64,000 nucleotides of DNA from Phycisphaerae bacterium. GTDB lineage: Bacteria > Planctomycetota > Phycisphaerae > UBA1845. Shown in pieces: positions 21,994 to 31,524 of the stretch (positions within the stretch are counted from its first letter, which is position 1; every line of letters starts with the position of its first letter). A program made the position numbers and the translations under genes. The stretch lies in contig CAXXGO010000001.1 in assembly GCA_963666835.2 (NCBI GenBank), forward strand, positions 224,001-288,000. The letters run 5' to 3'. Under the pieces are notes generated by a model. It worked only from the letters and a program-made list of their open reading frames with translations. It was not told where the DNA came from and searched no databases.

Positions 21994-22116
21994 CGGCCGT
22001 CGCTGACGGCCAGGTTGACCACGGCACCTGAATGAACCAGATGGGCTGCTCTGTCTCCAGCCTGACCCGTTGCCTGATTCAGCCACTGCATGGGACCTGG
22101 CCGTCAACGACGGCCG
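21994..22116 (-). ncRNA. ffs: Signal recognition particle RNA (4.5S)
   Basis: Minus strand reads gggtcaggctg-GAGA-cagagcagccc (helix 8 with a GNRA loop and the conserved CAGG/AGCA symmetric loop) inside a long hairpin; typical position upstream of dnaX. Confidence 0.88.
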
Positions 22117-22167
22117 CGCTGCTCGCTTGTTGCGCAAAGCGCACTCGAAGAGACGCCGCGCGGCGGC

Positions 22168-22196
22168 ATGATAACCGCAATCGGCAAGGATTTGAA
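22168..22196 (-). promoter_or_regulatory. Putative sigma70 promoter for ffs/dnaX
   Basis: Minus strand TTCAAA-17 bp-TATCAT. Confidence 0.45.
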
Positions 22197-22733
22197 CCGG
22201 GTTGCCACAGTGAAATATCCGGGGCACCGCACCGGGCCGGTCGGATGGGAGTGGTGGGCAGATGGGGACGCCCTGAGTGGTAGTCCTGGGGGTATCCCGT
22301 ACGGTTAACGACCAGAATTTCGCCCGAAAATGGGGGATATTCCCTACGGCCGCAGTCCGGCAAATGTAGTATATTATAATAGCGGCAGCGCAGGTGTTTC
22401 TGACCTACCCCGACCGCGCCTGCGCTGCCGCGTTACCTTCTTACGCACTCCTCGGTCTCTTCCGTTGGGCAGTTGCAGGTTTCTTCTTCAACAAAACCGG
22501 GGACAGCCACCGTTTTCTTGACACCACTTACCGGTCGAGCCAAGACACCGCACAGGGTGCGTTAGCCTTCACAGGCGGAATACGCTTCCTGTATGCTGAA
22601 TCATGGTCGATGGCGCGAGGACGGTGCGTCCTACTTCACGGTAGTCTGACCTCGGGCAGAGCCCGGCCTGCCGGGCTGAATGCCAACGGTGCTCACGTTG
22701 CCTCGCTCAGGGTCCACGGTTTCACGCGAGAAT

Positions 22734-23159
22734 CTACCGGCGGGCAAGAAGCTCCATGACCCGGTCGTTTGTCTCGATGGCCGGGGTGATTGCTCGGATT
22801 TGCTCGGGAGTGAGCCAGCGGGCTTCAGCGACCTCCGCCTCGGTCGGCCGGATGGGCTGCCGGTCGTACTTCACCGTCCACACGTCCAGCAGGTAATCGG
22901 TGCCGGGCACGGGTATTCTCCCGAGCAACTTGTTGGCCGGCACGTCAATACCAAGCTCCTCGGCAAGTTCACGCTGGATAGCCTGGCGAGAGGTCTCTCC
23001 CGCTTCAACGTGCCCGCCCGGAAAACACCAACAACCGGCCCGGGCAAGCCCGGCCGCGCGGCGAATGAGGAGATACCGTTCGTTGTCCTGGAGCACTCCA
23101 ATCGCTCCGATCCGGTGACCGTCCGGAGGCGCTTCAGATGAGCCGTTGTTCATGGGCAT
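22734..23159 (-). CDS. NUDIX hydrolase
   Basis: Nudix box GGHVEAGETSRQAIQRELAEELG. Confidence 0.92.
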   Translation of the reverse strand: MPMNNGSSEAPPDGHRIGAIGVLQDNERYLLIRRAAGLARAGCWCFPGGHVEAGETSRQAIQRELAEELGIDVPANKLLGRIPVPGTDYLLDVWTVKYDRQPIRPTEAEVAEARWLTPEQIRAITPAIETNDRVMELLARR

Positions 23160-23218
23160 GAATGCCGGGCGGCGTGGTCGGCCACGGTCCTGCAGGGCGT
23201 AGCATAGCGCGATTCCCG

Positions 23219-23257
23219 AAAAAGAAAACGGCGGGTGGGATCGAAACCCACCCGCCG
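23219..23257 (-). terminator. Rho-independent terminator of the prepilin-type gene
   Basis: 11-bp stem cggcgggtggg/cccacccgccg followed by TTTTCTTTTT on the minus strand. Confidence 0.8.
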
Positions 23258-23283
23258 CTGTTCTCTACTATCGAGCAGTTGGA

Positions 23284-24213
23284 CTACGGATAGATGAGCG
23301 AGTCCGTTCCTGCGTAGTCAGTGTTCTCGGAGCCGAAAGCCTCTTGCCCCGGATATGGCGGTGGATCCCACTCGAGCGGGAGGTCGCCGTGAATCAGGTT
23401 CGTGTGATCCTGTGAAGTCCAGTCGTCGGTCATGAGCGTGTAGATGTTATCGTTGTCGATACCGGCACACGGGGTCCGAGCGAACTCGGCGTGGCCGTCG
23501 GCAACGAGGATGTTCTGGCCTTCACCATTATTGCGACCACCGTGGTTCGGGGAGTTGTACATCCTCCAGGCCTTGGGCGAATCCTCGATGGTCAGTTCCT
23601 CGTCTTCCGGATTCTTCCACTCAGGAGCGCTCTCTACCATATAGAACGGGCCCTTATCCGCTGCGACGACCTGGCGGTTATCCATGCCCTCGCGCGGCTG
23701 AGTGTCGCGGGGACCGAACGGAACCTGATAACCGTAGCTGATGTTCTCGTACCCCGTGAAGTCGTAGTACAGCTCAAGGTTCTCGGTCGGGTCCTGATCG
23801 TCACTTCCACTCGGGCATACAAACCCCTTCGCGGTGACGTTACCGGCCCGGACCAGCATCCAATAAGCCCGCGTCGTGGATACCTGCGTACTGGCGTTCG
23901 GGTCGATCGAGTAACTCGGCTTGTCCCGGTCCTCGCCCACGATACCGTCGCCCGAGCTGATCGCGTACGTGGCGGACTCGCCATCCGACATCATTTCCTT
24001 GTCGTACGGCGGGATCGGCCAACGGTCGTTATTGTCGTTGGCGTAGATCTTGCACGAAGTACCGATACCCTTCAAGTTCGACTGGCAGACCAGCCTCTTA
24101 CTCAGCTCCCGAGCACGGGACAAACTCGGCAGCAAGATCGAGATCAGCAATGCGATGATCGCGATCACGACCAACAGCTCAATCAGTGTAAAACCTCGAA
24201 TTCTTCTTATCAT
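23284..24213 (-). CDS. Prepilin-type N-terminal cleavage/methylation protein (planctomycete DUF1559-like, H-X9-DG-type C-terminal motif)
   Basis: [25 protein letters not shown]...C.SNLK and a C-terminal H...[11 protein letters not shown]. Confidence 0.9.
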   Translation of the reverse strand: MIRRIRGFTLIELLVVIAIIALLISILLPSLSRARELSKRLVCQSNLKGIGTSCKIYANDNNDRWPIPPYDKEMMSDGESATYAISSGDGIVGEDRDKPSYSIDPNASTQVSTTRAYWMLVRAGNVTAKGFVCPSGSDDQDPTENLELYYDFTGYENISYGYQVPFGPRDTQPREGMDNRQVVAADKGPFYMVESAPEWKNPEDEELTIEDSPKAWRMYNSPNHGGRNNGEGQNILVADGHAEFARTPCAGIDNDNIYTLMTDDWTSQDHTNLIHGDLPLEWDPPPYPGQEAFGSENTDYAGTDSLIYP

Positions 24214-24808
24214 GGCACCTTCTCCAAACTTCTGAACTAACACCCCGCTTGCCCAGCCGCTTGTCCCGCGAATGACGTCTAAGACCTATCCACCGGAACC
24301 GGCATCGGGTCAACCGGGCGGCGCCGCCACACACATCCCCCATGCGACACGCCGACCAAACCCAGCCACCAAAACTGCACGGAAAAAGCACGCTGCAGCC
24401 TGCTGACGAGCATTACGCACTTAAAAACAGCAGACACAAAAGCCACGGCCCTCGAGAACGCCCCGAGAGAACCTACGCGTTAACGCACGGCCTGCAATCT
24501 AGATACCACCAGCAAAGAAAACCGCGCCGGTTGGATCCTAACAGAACAGGAAACTCACGGCGCAAAACACTTTCGGTGGCAGTGGTGGGCTGGGACGGAA
24601 GGAGTAGTAATTCTTATGTAAGATAGCAAATACACGCTCGAAACCCGAGCGGATGAAACAGATAACCCCAACCGGGAATAAAACCCGGTGCGTATCTCCC
24701 TGCCACTACAACCTATAAGGAGTCTACCCGAGCCTAACTGCACTGTCAACATCGCGCGAAGTGTTTTTCGCAAGTTTGGGGTTATTCACCCAGCCGCCAC
24801 CCCGATCG

Positions 24809-25807
24809 TCACGGCATAAGCCGGATCACGTCGATTCCGTGGGGAATCGCAATACCGAGATTCGATCGGTGAGCTTCCGCCAAATAACCCAAATTAGCGG
24901 GCGCGGACGCGATCATCGGGAGCGAACGCCGCTTCCGTACATCGTTCAGCAACGCCAGGCCAACTGAGTCGATGGCCACGGGATCCGCAGAGACCAAAAG
25001 AGCGCCTTCGTCGCTGATTGTCTCCACCGACGCCTCCGGACCGCCTGCATACACAACGCGGAGGGCATCCACGATGCACAAGCGGAGCCGCGTCCGGATC
25101 GGAGGCGCGGACACTATGTCAGGAATGAACGGGCTGCACCTATTTCCGTGATACCGCGCCGGGTGCTTAACCAAACCGTGCGACAAGTTCTTAAGAGCGC
25201 ACGTTATTCCTGCGATATTGTGAGTTTTCAAGTAAGGTACATCGATCAGCGCGGAAACCTGCCCGAGCACCGCCGCGAATTGGTCCGCCCCGCTGCCGAA
25301 ATCAGTAACGGTTGTAGAGAAACCGCCGACGGCGGCGGTGGTCGAGTGCTTCGCGGTTGTCTCAGGTGGGGCCTCAATGAGGACGATTCGCTTACTAGCC
25401 CAACCCGCCGCTACCAAAGACTCGACAATCGCCCCCGCAATCGCATCCGTGGTAGAGATAACTTCCTGCGCGGAGCGGTTGAACTTGATCCCGATGACAT
25501 CGTCCGGTTTTAGTACTCTCTTCCACGCCAGGGAGGCATCCGCCACGTCGGGAACAAGCCCGGCCACGGCCTTGTCGAGCATCTCGCGCAACAGGACGCG
25601 ATGCACTACAGGTCCGTCTACCACGTACGGGGATTGCACGTGAATGACTCTCGAATTCGGCACTCCCGGAGGCATCAGGAGTTCAGAGCTCGGTTCCGCC
25701 GCCCGGACGCGCCCTAGGACTGACAGCCCGGCAGCGGCCGTGATCTCGAGGAACTTCCTCCGCGACAGCTCCCCGTCAGGGTCTGAATCGGTTCTTCGGT
25801 CGGACAT
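24809..25807 (-). CDS. Tat-exported DUF362 domain protein
   Basis: SRRKFL Tat motif; IGIK.N, P.LKTH, LKNLSHG and DPVAID motifs. Confidence 0.8.
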   Translation of the reverse strand: MSDRRTDSDPDGELSRRKFLEITAAAGLSVLGRVRAAEPSSELLMPPGVPNSRVIHVQSPYVVDGPVVHRVLLREMLDKAVAGLVPDVADASLAWKRVLKPDDVIGIKFNRSAQEVISTTDAIAGAIVESLVAAGWASKRIVLIEAPPETTAKHSTTAAVGGFSTTVTDFGSGADQFAAVLGQVSALIDVPYLKTHNIAGITCALKNLSHGLVKHPARYHGNRCSPFIPDIVSAPPIRTRLRLCIVDALRVVYAGGPEASVETISDEGALLVSADPVAIDSVGLALLNDVRKRRSLPMIASAPANLGYLAEAHRSNLGIAIPHGIDVIRLMP

Positions 25808-25936
25808 AGTGCGGGGGTCTCACTAGTAACGAGCAATCCTCACCGCGGTGATTATCGGCCTTAGCCTTTGGGTCTGCTCAGGTTTTCCGGATGTGGATCG
25901 TCCGCGGACGCGGTGTTCCAGGAGCCCGGCAACGCT

Positions 25937-26515
25937 CTACCAGCGAGGTGTCAGGATCGGCTTGCCGACCTCGAAGATCGATTGCGTCTTGAGCAGGGTG
26001 AGTTCCTCGGGGAACGCGTGAAAGGCATGCACATGAAACTCGTGATCACGGGCGTCGAAGTCAATGAACGTGAACGGGGCCAGCCCTTCGTAGCTCCACT
26101 CCGCGAACGGAACATAGAGCCCCCGGTTTTGCGCATAATGCACATAGTCGCGGTGCGTGGCGGGGAATAGTTGAGGCGTCATCCGCTCCACTTGTGTGGA
26201 GAGGATGTACTTCAGGTCATCGCTAAACGACTGGGAGTGATCCCGCTCTCCTCGGAACCTAAACGACGTAGCCAAGCCCGTCTTGGGCAACATATCCGTG
26301 TTTTCGGTTATCAGCTCGGTCATCACCTGATCCCCGGTCTGCACCGTGACCACGTGAGTCAGACCAACGACCCAGATCTCCGCATGATAGCGAGACTGCT
26401 CGATCCGCTTCACCCTCTGAATATGAAACAACTCCGGGTGAATCGCTCGCTGGTAGAGGCAGAAATGTAGGTCGTCGACGTGTTGCTGCTGCGGTTTTGT
26501 CTGTCCTTGTTCCAC
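25937..26515 (-). CDS. DUF2617-like conserved protein
   Basis: LY.R.IHPELF and H.FPEE...KTQS.FE pattern; GTG start with RBS gagga. Confidence 0.7.
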   Translation of the reverse strand: MEQGQTKPQQQHVDDLHFCLYQRAIHPELFHIQRVKRIEQSRYHAEIWVVGLTHVVTVQTGDQVMTELITENTDMLPKTGLATSFRFRGERDHSQSFSDDLKYILSTQVERMTPQLFPATHRDYVHYAQNRGLYVPFAEWSYEGLAPFTFIDFDARDHEFHVHAFHAFPEELTLLKTQSIFEVGKPILTPRW

Positions 26516-26809
26516 GAAGCATCCTCAAACGAGAGAGAGCCCTAGCCAAAGCCATCTTCAGAATTATACGGTCGGTCAATAGTAAATCCATGAATTTATC
26601 CTGCAAAGGCAACTAATTCCCACCATCCTCCGGTTGAAGTTGCAGTTCTGTTACAATCGCAAGACCAGCATAATACTCCGGATTTCGAGACATGCATCGA
26701 CTAAGGGTGTATTTTTAGGGCTGAAGATTGGCAAGTTGCCGGACTGCCTGCGGCTGCCCGTCGGTTCGGTTTGTTCCAATGGCAGGTTCCATCTACAATG
26801 CCCCTTGTT

Positions 26810-27259
26810 ATGACCGGTGAACGACCAGGCATTCTGTTCATAGTGCTCCTCCTCTCGGCGTTGGTTATGCCCGACTCCGGCCTGAGGTTGGTTTACGAGC
26901 CGATGACGGATGCCGCGGTGCGGCAGAAAATCCCTGGCGACGATCTGCCAGATAGGACCCCGCCCGGTGATAAGGAGCAAGAGGATGGCGAGGAGAAGCC
27001 CAATCCGCTTGGCCAGATTGCCCCGCAGCCGGCCCCGTTGGAGCAGTTTCAGCGGTCCGTGCGTATCTCACCCGCCTTCAAGACCGTCGTTCGTCCGGTT
27101 CGTCGGCATGCCTTTAGGGTCTTGTGGGCGGTTCCCGGGCCCACGCGCATTGATCGCGTGGTTACCGAATCGCGGTGCGACACAGTGTCGTTCACGGCCG
27201 TCGCTACGAGCATCCGCTCTCATGCACCACCCCTGCTTGCTTCGATCCTGTATTGCTGA
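26810..27259 (+). CDS. secDF upstream ORF; candidate translation-arrest (monitoring) peptide
   Basis: N-terminal hydrophobic segment GILFIVLLLSALV; C-terminal IRSHAPP; 115 nt upstream of secDF on the same strand. Alternative start at 26798. Confidence 0.6.
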   Translation: MTGERPGILFIVLLLSALVMPDSGLRLVYEPMTDAAVRQKIPGDDLPDRTPPGDKEQEDGEEKPNPLGQIAPQPAPLEQFQRSVRISPAFKTVVRPVRRHAFRVLWAVPGPTRIDRVVTESRCDTVSFTAVATSIRSHAPPLLASILYC

Positions 27260-27374
27260 TCGCCGCAGCGCAAGAGCGCTGGGCTTTTGATGGGATTGCA
27301 GGGGGCGCTCCCACTAGAAACCGACATACAACCACGAACTAAGGCGGCATGCCGCCTCAAAGGAGATACAACTT

Positions 27375-30300
27375 ATGCATGATCCGAACCGGATGATGAA
27401 GTGGCTTCTGGTCATCGGCCTCGTCGTGTTATCACTGGTGATCCTCTATCCGCCCAGTCAGAAGCTCAAGGGCGGAATCGATCTCGTCGGAGGAACCAGT
27501 CTCATGTTTGAGATCGATACGACGGGGTTGGAGAAGGCGGGCCAGCGCGGTCTTTCCTCAAGAGTGATGGATATCTTGAAGAACCGGGTTGACCCTAAAG
27601 GCCAATTGAACCTCGAATGGCGACCGGCCGGCAACACCCGACTGGAAATTCGCATGCCGCGTCCGCCGAAGGCGGCTTTGGAGCGTCGCGCAGCTTACAA
27701 CGCCGCGGTCGACCGACTGAAAGCAAGAAACCTCTCTCGGTTTGAGGTCGAGTCGGCGTTGAATGCGCCGCCGGCCGACCGGCCCAATGTCCTGGCAGGA
27801 TTGGTCCGGAACGCGCCCGAGCGAACGCCGCTGTTCGAGACGCTGGTTGCGGCCTTCGATGAGTACCAAGCGGCTCAGGGCTCTGATGACCTGGCAGTCG
27901 CGGAAGCGGCGGGGGCGGCGTATGAAGAAGCTATGGCCGCGGTGCTTGCCACCTCGATGCCCATCAACCGGCTGACGGACGTGCTGGCCTTGCCGCAGGG
28001 CGACAAGCGCAGAGAAGAGATCGACAAGCTCCGCGACGAGTTCCGTTCCTGCGATGCCGGCGAGATGGGCCAGGAAAACGGCAAGCTTTTGACCAAGGCC
28101 GTATACGCCTATGACGCGTGGGCGCAGGATAAGGCCGATCTCGAAGATCCATCGGACCTGAAGCGACTCATCCGCGGCGCCGGCGTGTTGGAGTTCAGGA
28201 TTCTAGCGGAGCGTGACGCCGCCAGCCCGACGCATACGATTGGCCCGAATGCGCAGGAGATCAGCAAGTACACCGAGCAGCTTGCCAAGTATGGAGCCCG
28301 TCCTCGGGCGGGCGACGTTTTCGAGTGGTTCCCGATTGAGAACGTAGTTCGTTTCCTGCACGCCGATGACCTGGCTTCGGTTGATGAGATTAAGGACCTG
28401 CCGGGTCGCCCGGTTGTGGAGGAATACGCCGGGCGCTATTACGTGCTGGCACACTCGGGCTCTCAGTATGGTCTGCTGCGTTCGTCCGGGAAGGGCGAAG
28501 GCAAGTGGAAGCTGCGGTACGCACGCCCGGATCGGGATCCGTTGACCGGAGAGAATGCGGTCATTTTCCAGTTGGATCCGCGGGGCGGGCAGATGTTCGG
28601 CAACCTCACCGGTCCGAATGTGGGGCGGCAACTGTGCATTTTTCTCGACGGCACGGCCATGTCGCACGCCAACATCCGGACTCGAATCACCGATCGGTGC
28701 CAGATTAGTGGCGGCTTTACGTTCGAGCGCATGCAGGAACTGGTGAAGACCCTGGAAGCGGGTTCGCTGCCCGCCCGGTTGAAAGAGACTCCTCTGTCCG
28801 AGAAGACCGTAGGGCCGAGCCTGGGTGAGACCAACCGGCGACACGGCGTCCAAGCCGCGGTTCTGGGTGGCATCGCAGTGGCAGTCTTTGTGTTGCTCTA
28901 CTACGGGCTTGCTGCCGGGGGCATGGCGGATGTTGCCTTGGCGTTGAACCTGCTGTTCGTACTCAGTGCGATGGCGTTGATGCAGGCGACCTTCACGCTA
29001 CCGGGTATTGCGGCGTTGATCTTGACCGTGGGTATGGCAATCGATGCGAACGTCCTGATCTTCGAGCGAATTCGCGAGGAACGAGACCGCGGTATCGTTT
29101 TCAAAAAAGCGCTGAATACGGGTTACGACAAGGCCTTCTCGACCATCATGGACGCCAACCTGACCACGTTGATCACCTGTGTGATTCTCGGGTTCGTCGG
29201 CAGTGAGGAAGTCAAGGGCTTTGCCATCGTGCTCGGCATCGGCATTGTCACCAGTATGTTCACGGCGCTGTTCGTGACTCGTTTGGTGTTCAACACCGGG
29301 ATTGCGCAGGGAGTGCTCAAGGACTTCTCGATGCGCCGCATCATTAGCCGGCCGTCAATCGACTGGCTGTCGTTGCGGAAGACATTCTGGCCGGTTTCGT
29401 TGATTGCGGTCGTGCTGGGCATGGGGATTTTCGTCACTATGAGTTCGGTGGATCCCGAGGCGGTCTACGACATTGAGTTCCTCGGCGGCACCAGTGTGCA
29501 GATCGATTTCAAACCGGGCGTGGAGATGACGGACGAGCAAGCCCACGATATCGTCGCGTCCAATCATGAGGATTCGGCGGGAGCGTGGCTCAGGCAGGCA
29601 GCCGATCGCCTGGAAGAAGCCGAGGCGTCCATTGGGGAGACCCCCGGGGAATTCACCTTGACGGCTGCCGGATTGACCGGAGAGCAGACCGGCGTGCTGA
29701 TGCGGGCGACTATCGAGGATCTCGTGGAGCGCAACGGCATTTACGCGACCGGTGGCGTGGCGACGTTTGTAGGCAAGTCCGGTGAACTCACTTTGGAGAA
29801 GTTCAAGGACAAGATCGTGGTCGCGGCCGAGGCGGCGCGGGAGGCGGCGAACCGCCTGCGCGGCGCGCGGGTGCAGAGCGTCGGGGAGGCGGAGCCGGAT
29901 ACCGAGGTCGGCCCGTCCTACGAAGTCGTCACCGTCGAGACCAACACGGCTCTGGTGCAGGCGGCCCTCCTGGCGGTGCTGGGAGATCGCCTGGTTGTCC
30001 AGCGGGCTCTGAACTTCGCGACGGTTGTCGACGACAACCTGACGAGGGAGCCTTTCTTCGTTGTCGAAGAGGCGGACCATTATCTCTCCGACGTGATCGG
30101 GGGCGACGCTAACTTCGACATCCGCCGGTTCCGCGGCGGGGTTGCGATCGAAGTCGTCCTGGACGAACGGGAGGAGCCGGTAACCGTGGCCGAGCTGGAA
30201 ACCCGCCTACGCGAGATCGGGCTCCAGCCGGAGTTCGAGCAATACCGCACGCGCGATTCATCCGTGTTCCCGGCCGGGGAAGTTGTGACCCGAAAGGGCG

Positions 30301-31190
30301 GCGAGGACTTCTACAAGCACTTTGCGGTGTTAGCGGTTGACGAGACTCTTCTCTACGAGGACGACGCTGCCCAATGGACCGATGGACTGGCGACGAAGCA
30401 GCTCGAACAAGTGGAAGCAGCGTTGGGTAGCGAGAAATCGCTATCGAAGGTCGTGAAATTCGCCCCGCAGATTGCCGGGCAGACAAAGAACCGAGCGATC
30501 TTCGCAGTAGTTCTGGCCTTGGGTGCGATCGTCTCGTACCTGTGGCTGCGGTTCGGAACGAAGGAATACGGCTTGGCCGCCATCGTGGCTCTGGTGCATG
30601 ACGTTGGAATCACGCTGGGGCTGGTCACCGTGGGCCACTTCGTATACGCGAGCTTCATCGGGAAGGCGCTGGCCATCACCGATTTCAAGATCGACTTGCC
30701 GATGATCGCAGCGATTCTGACGGTCATTGGATACAGCCTCAACGATACGATCGTCGTGTTCGACCGGATCAGGGAGAATCGCGGTCGGATGGGCTCGCTG
30801 ACTCCGGCGCTAATCAACGACAGCCTCAATCAAACCCTGTCGAGGACGTTGCTGACGTCGATCACGACCTTCCTGGTCGTGATCATTCTCTATATCTTCG
30901 GGGGTAAGGGCGTACATGGGTTCAGCTTCGCCTTGCTCATCGGAGTTGTAGTCGGAACATACAGCTCGCTGGGGATCGCGACCCCGCTGCTGTACCGCCC
31001 GGTGTTGCTCCGGGCGGTGGTGGCCGTAATCGCCGCGAGCGTGCTGATCGGCATCGTTGTTGTCGAGACGGATGACATGACGGCACGGTTGGTGTTGACG
31101 GCTATCGTGGCGGTGGGCGCTATCGCCTATCTAATCCGAAACGCGGCCACAAATAAGTACGCGAACCCGCGTTCTGCGGGGCGCGGCTAG
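27375..31190 (+). CDS. secDF: Protein translocase subunit SecDF (fused)
   Basis: GIDLVGG, VGPSLG, GMAIDANVLIFERIREE, IEFLGG, GYSLNDTIVVFDRIRE; RBS aaggag. Confidence 0.97.
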   Translation: MHDPNRMMKWLLVIGLVVLSLVILYPPSQKLKGGIDLVGGTSLMFEIDTTGLEKAGQRGLSSRVMDILKNRVDPKGQLNLEWRPAGNTRLEIRMPRPPKAALERRAAYNAAVDRLKARNLSRFEVESALNAPPADRPNVLAGLVRNAPERTPLFETLVAAFDEYQAAQGSDDLAVAEAAGAAYEEAMAAVLATSMPINRLTDVLALPQGDKRREEIDKLRDEFRSCDAGEMGQENGKLLTKAVYAYDAWAQDKADLEDPSDLKRLIRGAGVLEFRILAERDAASPTHTIGPNAQEISKYTEQLAKYGARPRAGDVFEWFPIENVVRFLHADDLASVDEIKDLPGRPVVEEYAGRYYVLAHSGSQYGLLRSSGKGEGKWKLRYARPDRDPLTGENAVIFQLDPRGGQMFGNLTGPNVGRQLCIFLDGTAMSHANIRTRITDRCQISGGFTFERMQELVKTLEAGSLPARLKETPLSEKTVGPSLGETNRRHGVQAAVLGGIAVAVFVLLYYGLAAGGMADVALALNLLFVLSAMALMQATFTLPGIAALILTVGMAIDANVLIFERIREERDRGIVFKKALNTGYDKAFSTIMDANLTTLITCVILGFVGSEEVKGFAIVLGIGIVTSMFTALFVTRLVFNTGIAQGVLKDFSMRRIISRPSIDWLSLRKTFWPVSLIAVVLGMGIFVTMSSVDPEAVYDIEFLGGTSVQIDFKPGVEMTDEQAHDIVASNHEDSAGAWLRQAADRLEEAEASIGETPGEFTLTAAGLTGEQTGVLMRATIEDLVERNGIYATGGVATFVGKSGELTLEKFKDKIVVAAEAAREAANRLRGARVQSVGEAEPDTEVGPSYEVVTVETNTALVQAALLAVLGDRLVVQRALNFATVVDDNLTREPFFVVEEADHYLSDVIGGDANFDIRRFRGGVAIEVVLDEREEPVTVAELETRLREIGLQPEFEQYRTRDSSVFPAGEVVTRKGGEDFYKHFAVLAVDETLLYEDDAAQWTDGLATKQLEQVEAALGSEKSLSKVVKFAPQIAGQTKNRAIFAVVLALGAIVSYLWLRFGTKEYGLAAIVALVHDVGITLGLVTVGHFVYASFIGKALAITDFKIDLPMIAAILTVIGYSLNDTIVVFDRIRENRGRMGSLTPALINDSLNQTLSRTLLTSITTFLVVIILYIFGGKGVHGFSFALLIGVVVGTYSSLGIATPLLYRPVLLRAVVAVIAASVLIGIVVVETDDMTARLVLTAIVAVGAIAYLIRNAATNKYANPRSAGRG

Positions 31191-31258
31191 CCGGATCGCT
31201 CCGGCCTGCCGCGCGATTGCTCGGCATCCGGAGCGAGTATTGATTGAATGCGACCAGG

Positions 31259-31302
31259 CAAGGGTCGGCGGTTCGATGAGCCGCCGACCCTTGTTGTTTT
31301 TT
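31259..31302 (+). terminator. Rho-independent terminator after secDF
   Basis: caagggtcggcggttc / gagccgccgacccttg stem followed by a T-rich tail. Confidence 0.85.
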
Positions 31303-31524
31303 GTGTCGGCGTAGCCGTTTTTTTTGCCTTTGCTACCCAATCTACGGCGTTGACCGCGCTGCAGACGGTGCGTATACTGCGCACGTAAGTGCCGGTGTGT
31401 CTTAGTCGGCGCGGTGTCCTGTTCCACACGGTGGCTGGCTGGATGATGTTACCTGTGGATTAGAGACGCACCGGAGCAAGGGTGATTCCTACCTGTCGGT
31501 TGGTGCTACAAAAGGGAGTTTGTC

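Noticed and set aside
22430..22605. Minus-strand frame with in-frame TGA codons (selenoprotein?)
   Set aside because: No redox motif context, recognisable family or clear SECIS; likely chance.
24250..24800. c-di-GMP riboswitch or sigma54 promoter upstream of the prepilin-type gene
   Set aside because: No convincing GEMM motif or TGGCAC-N5-TTGC match found by eye.
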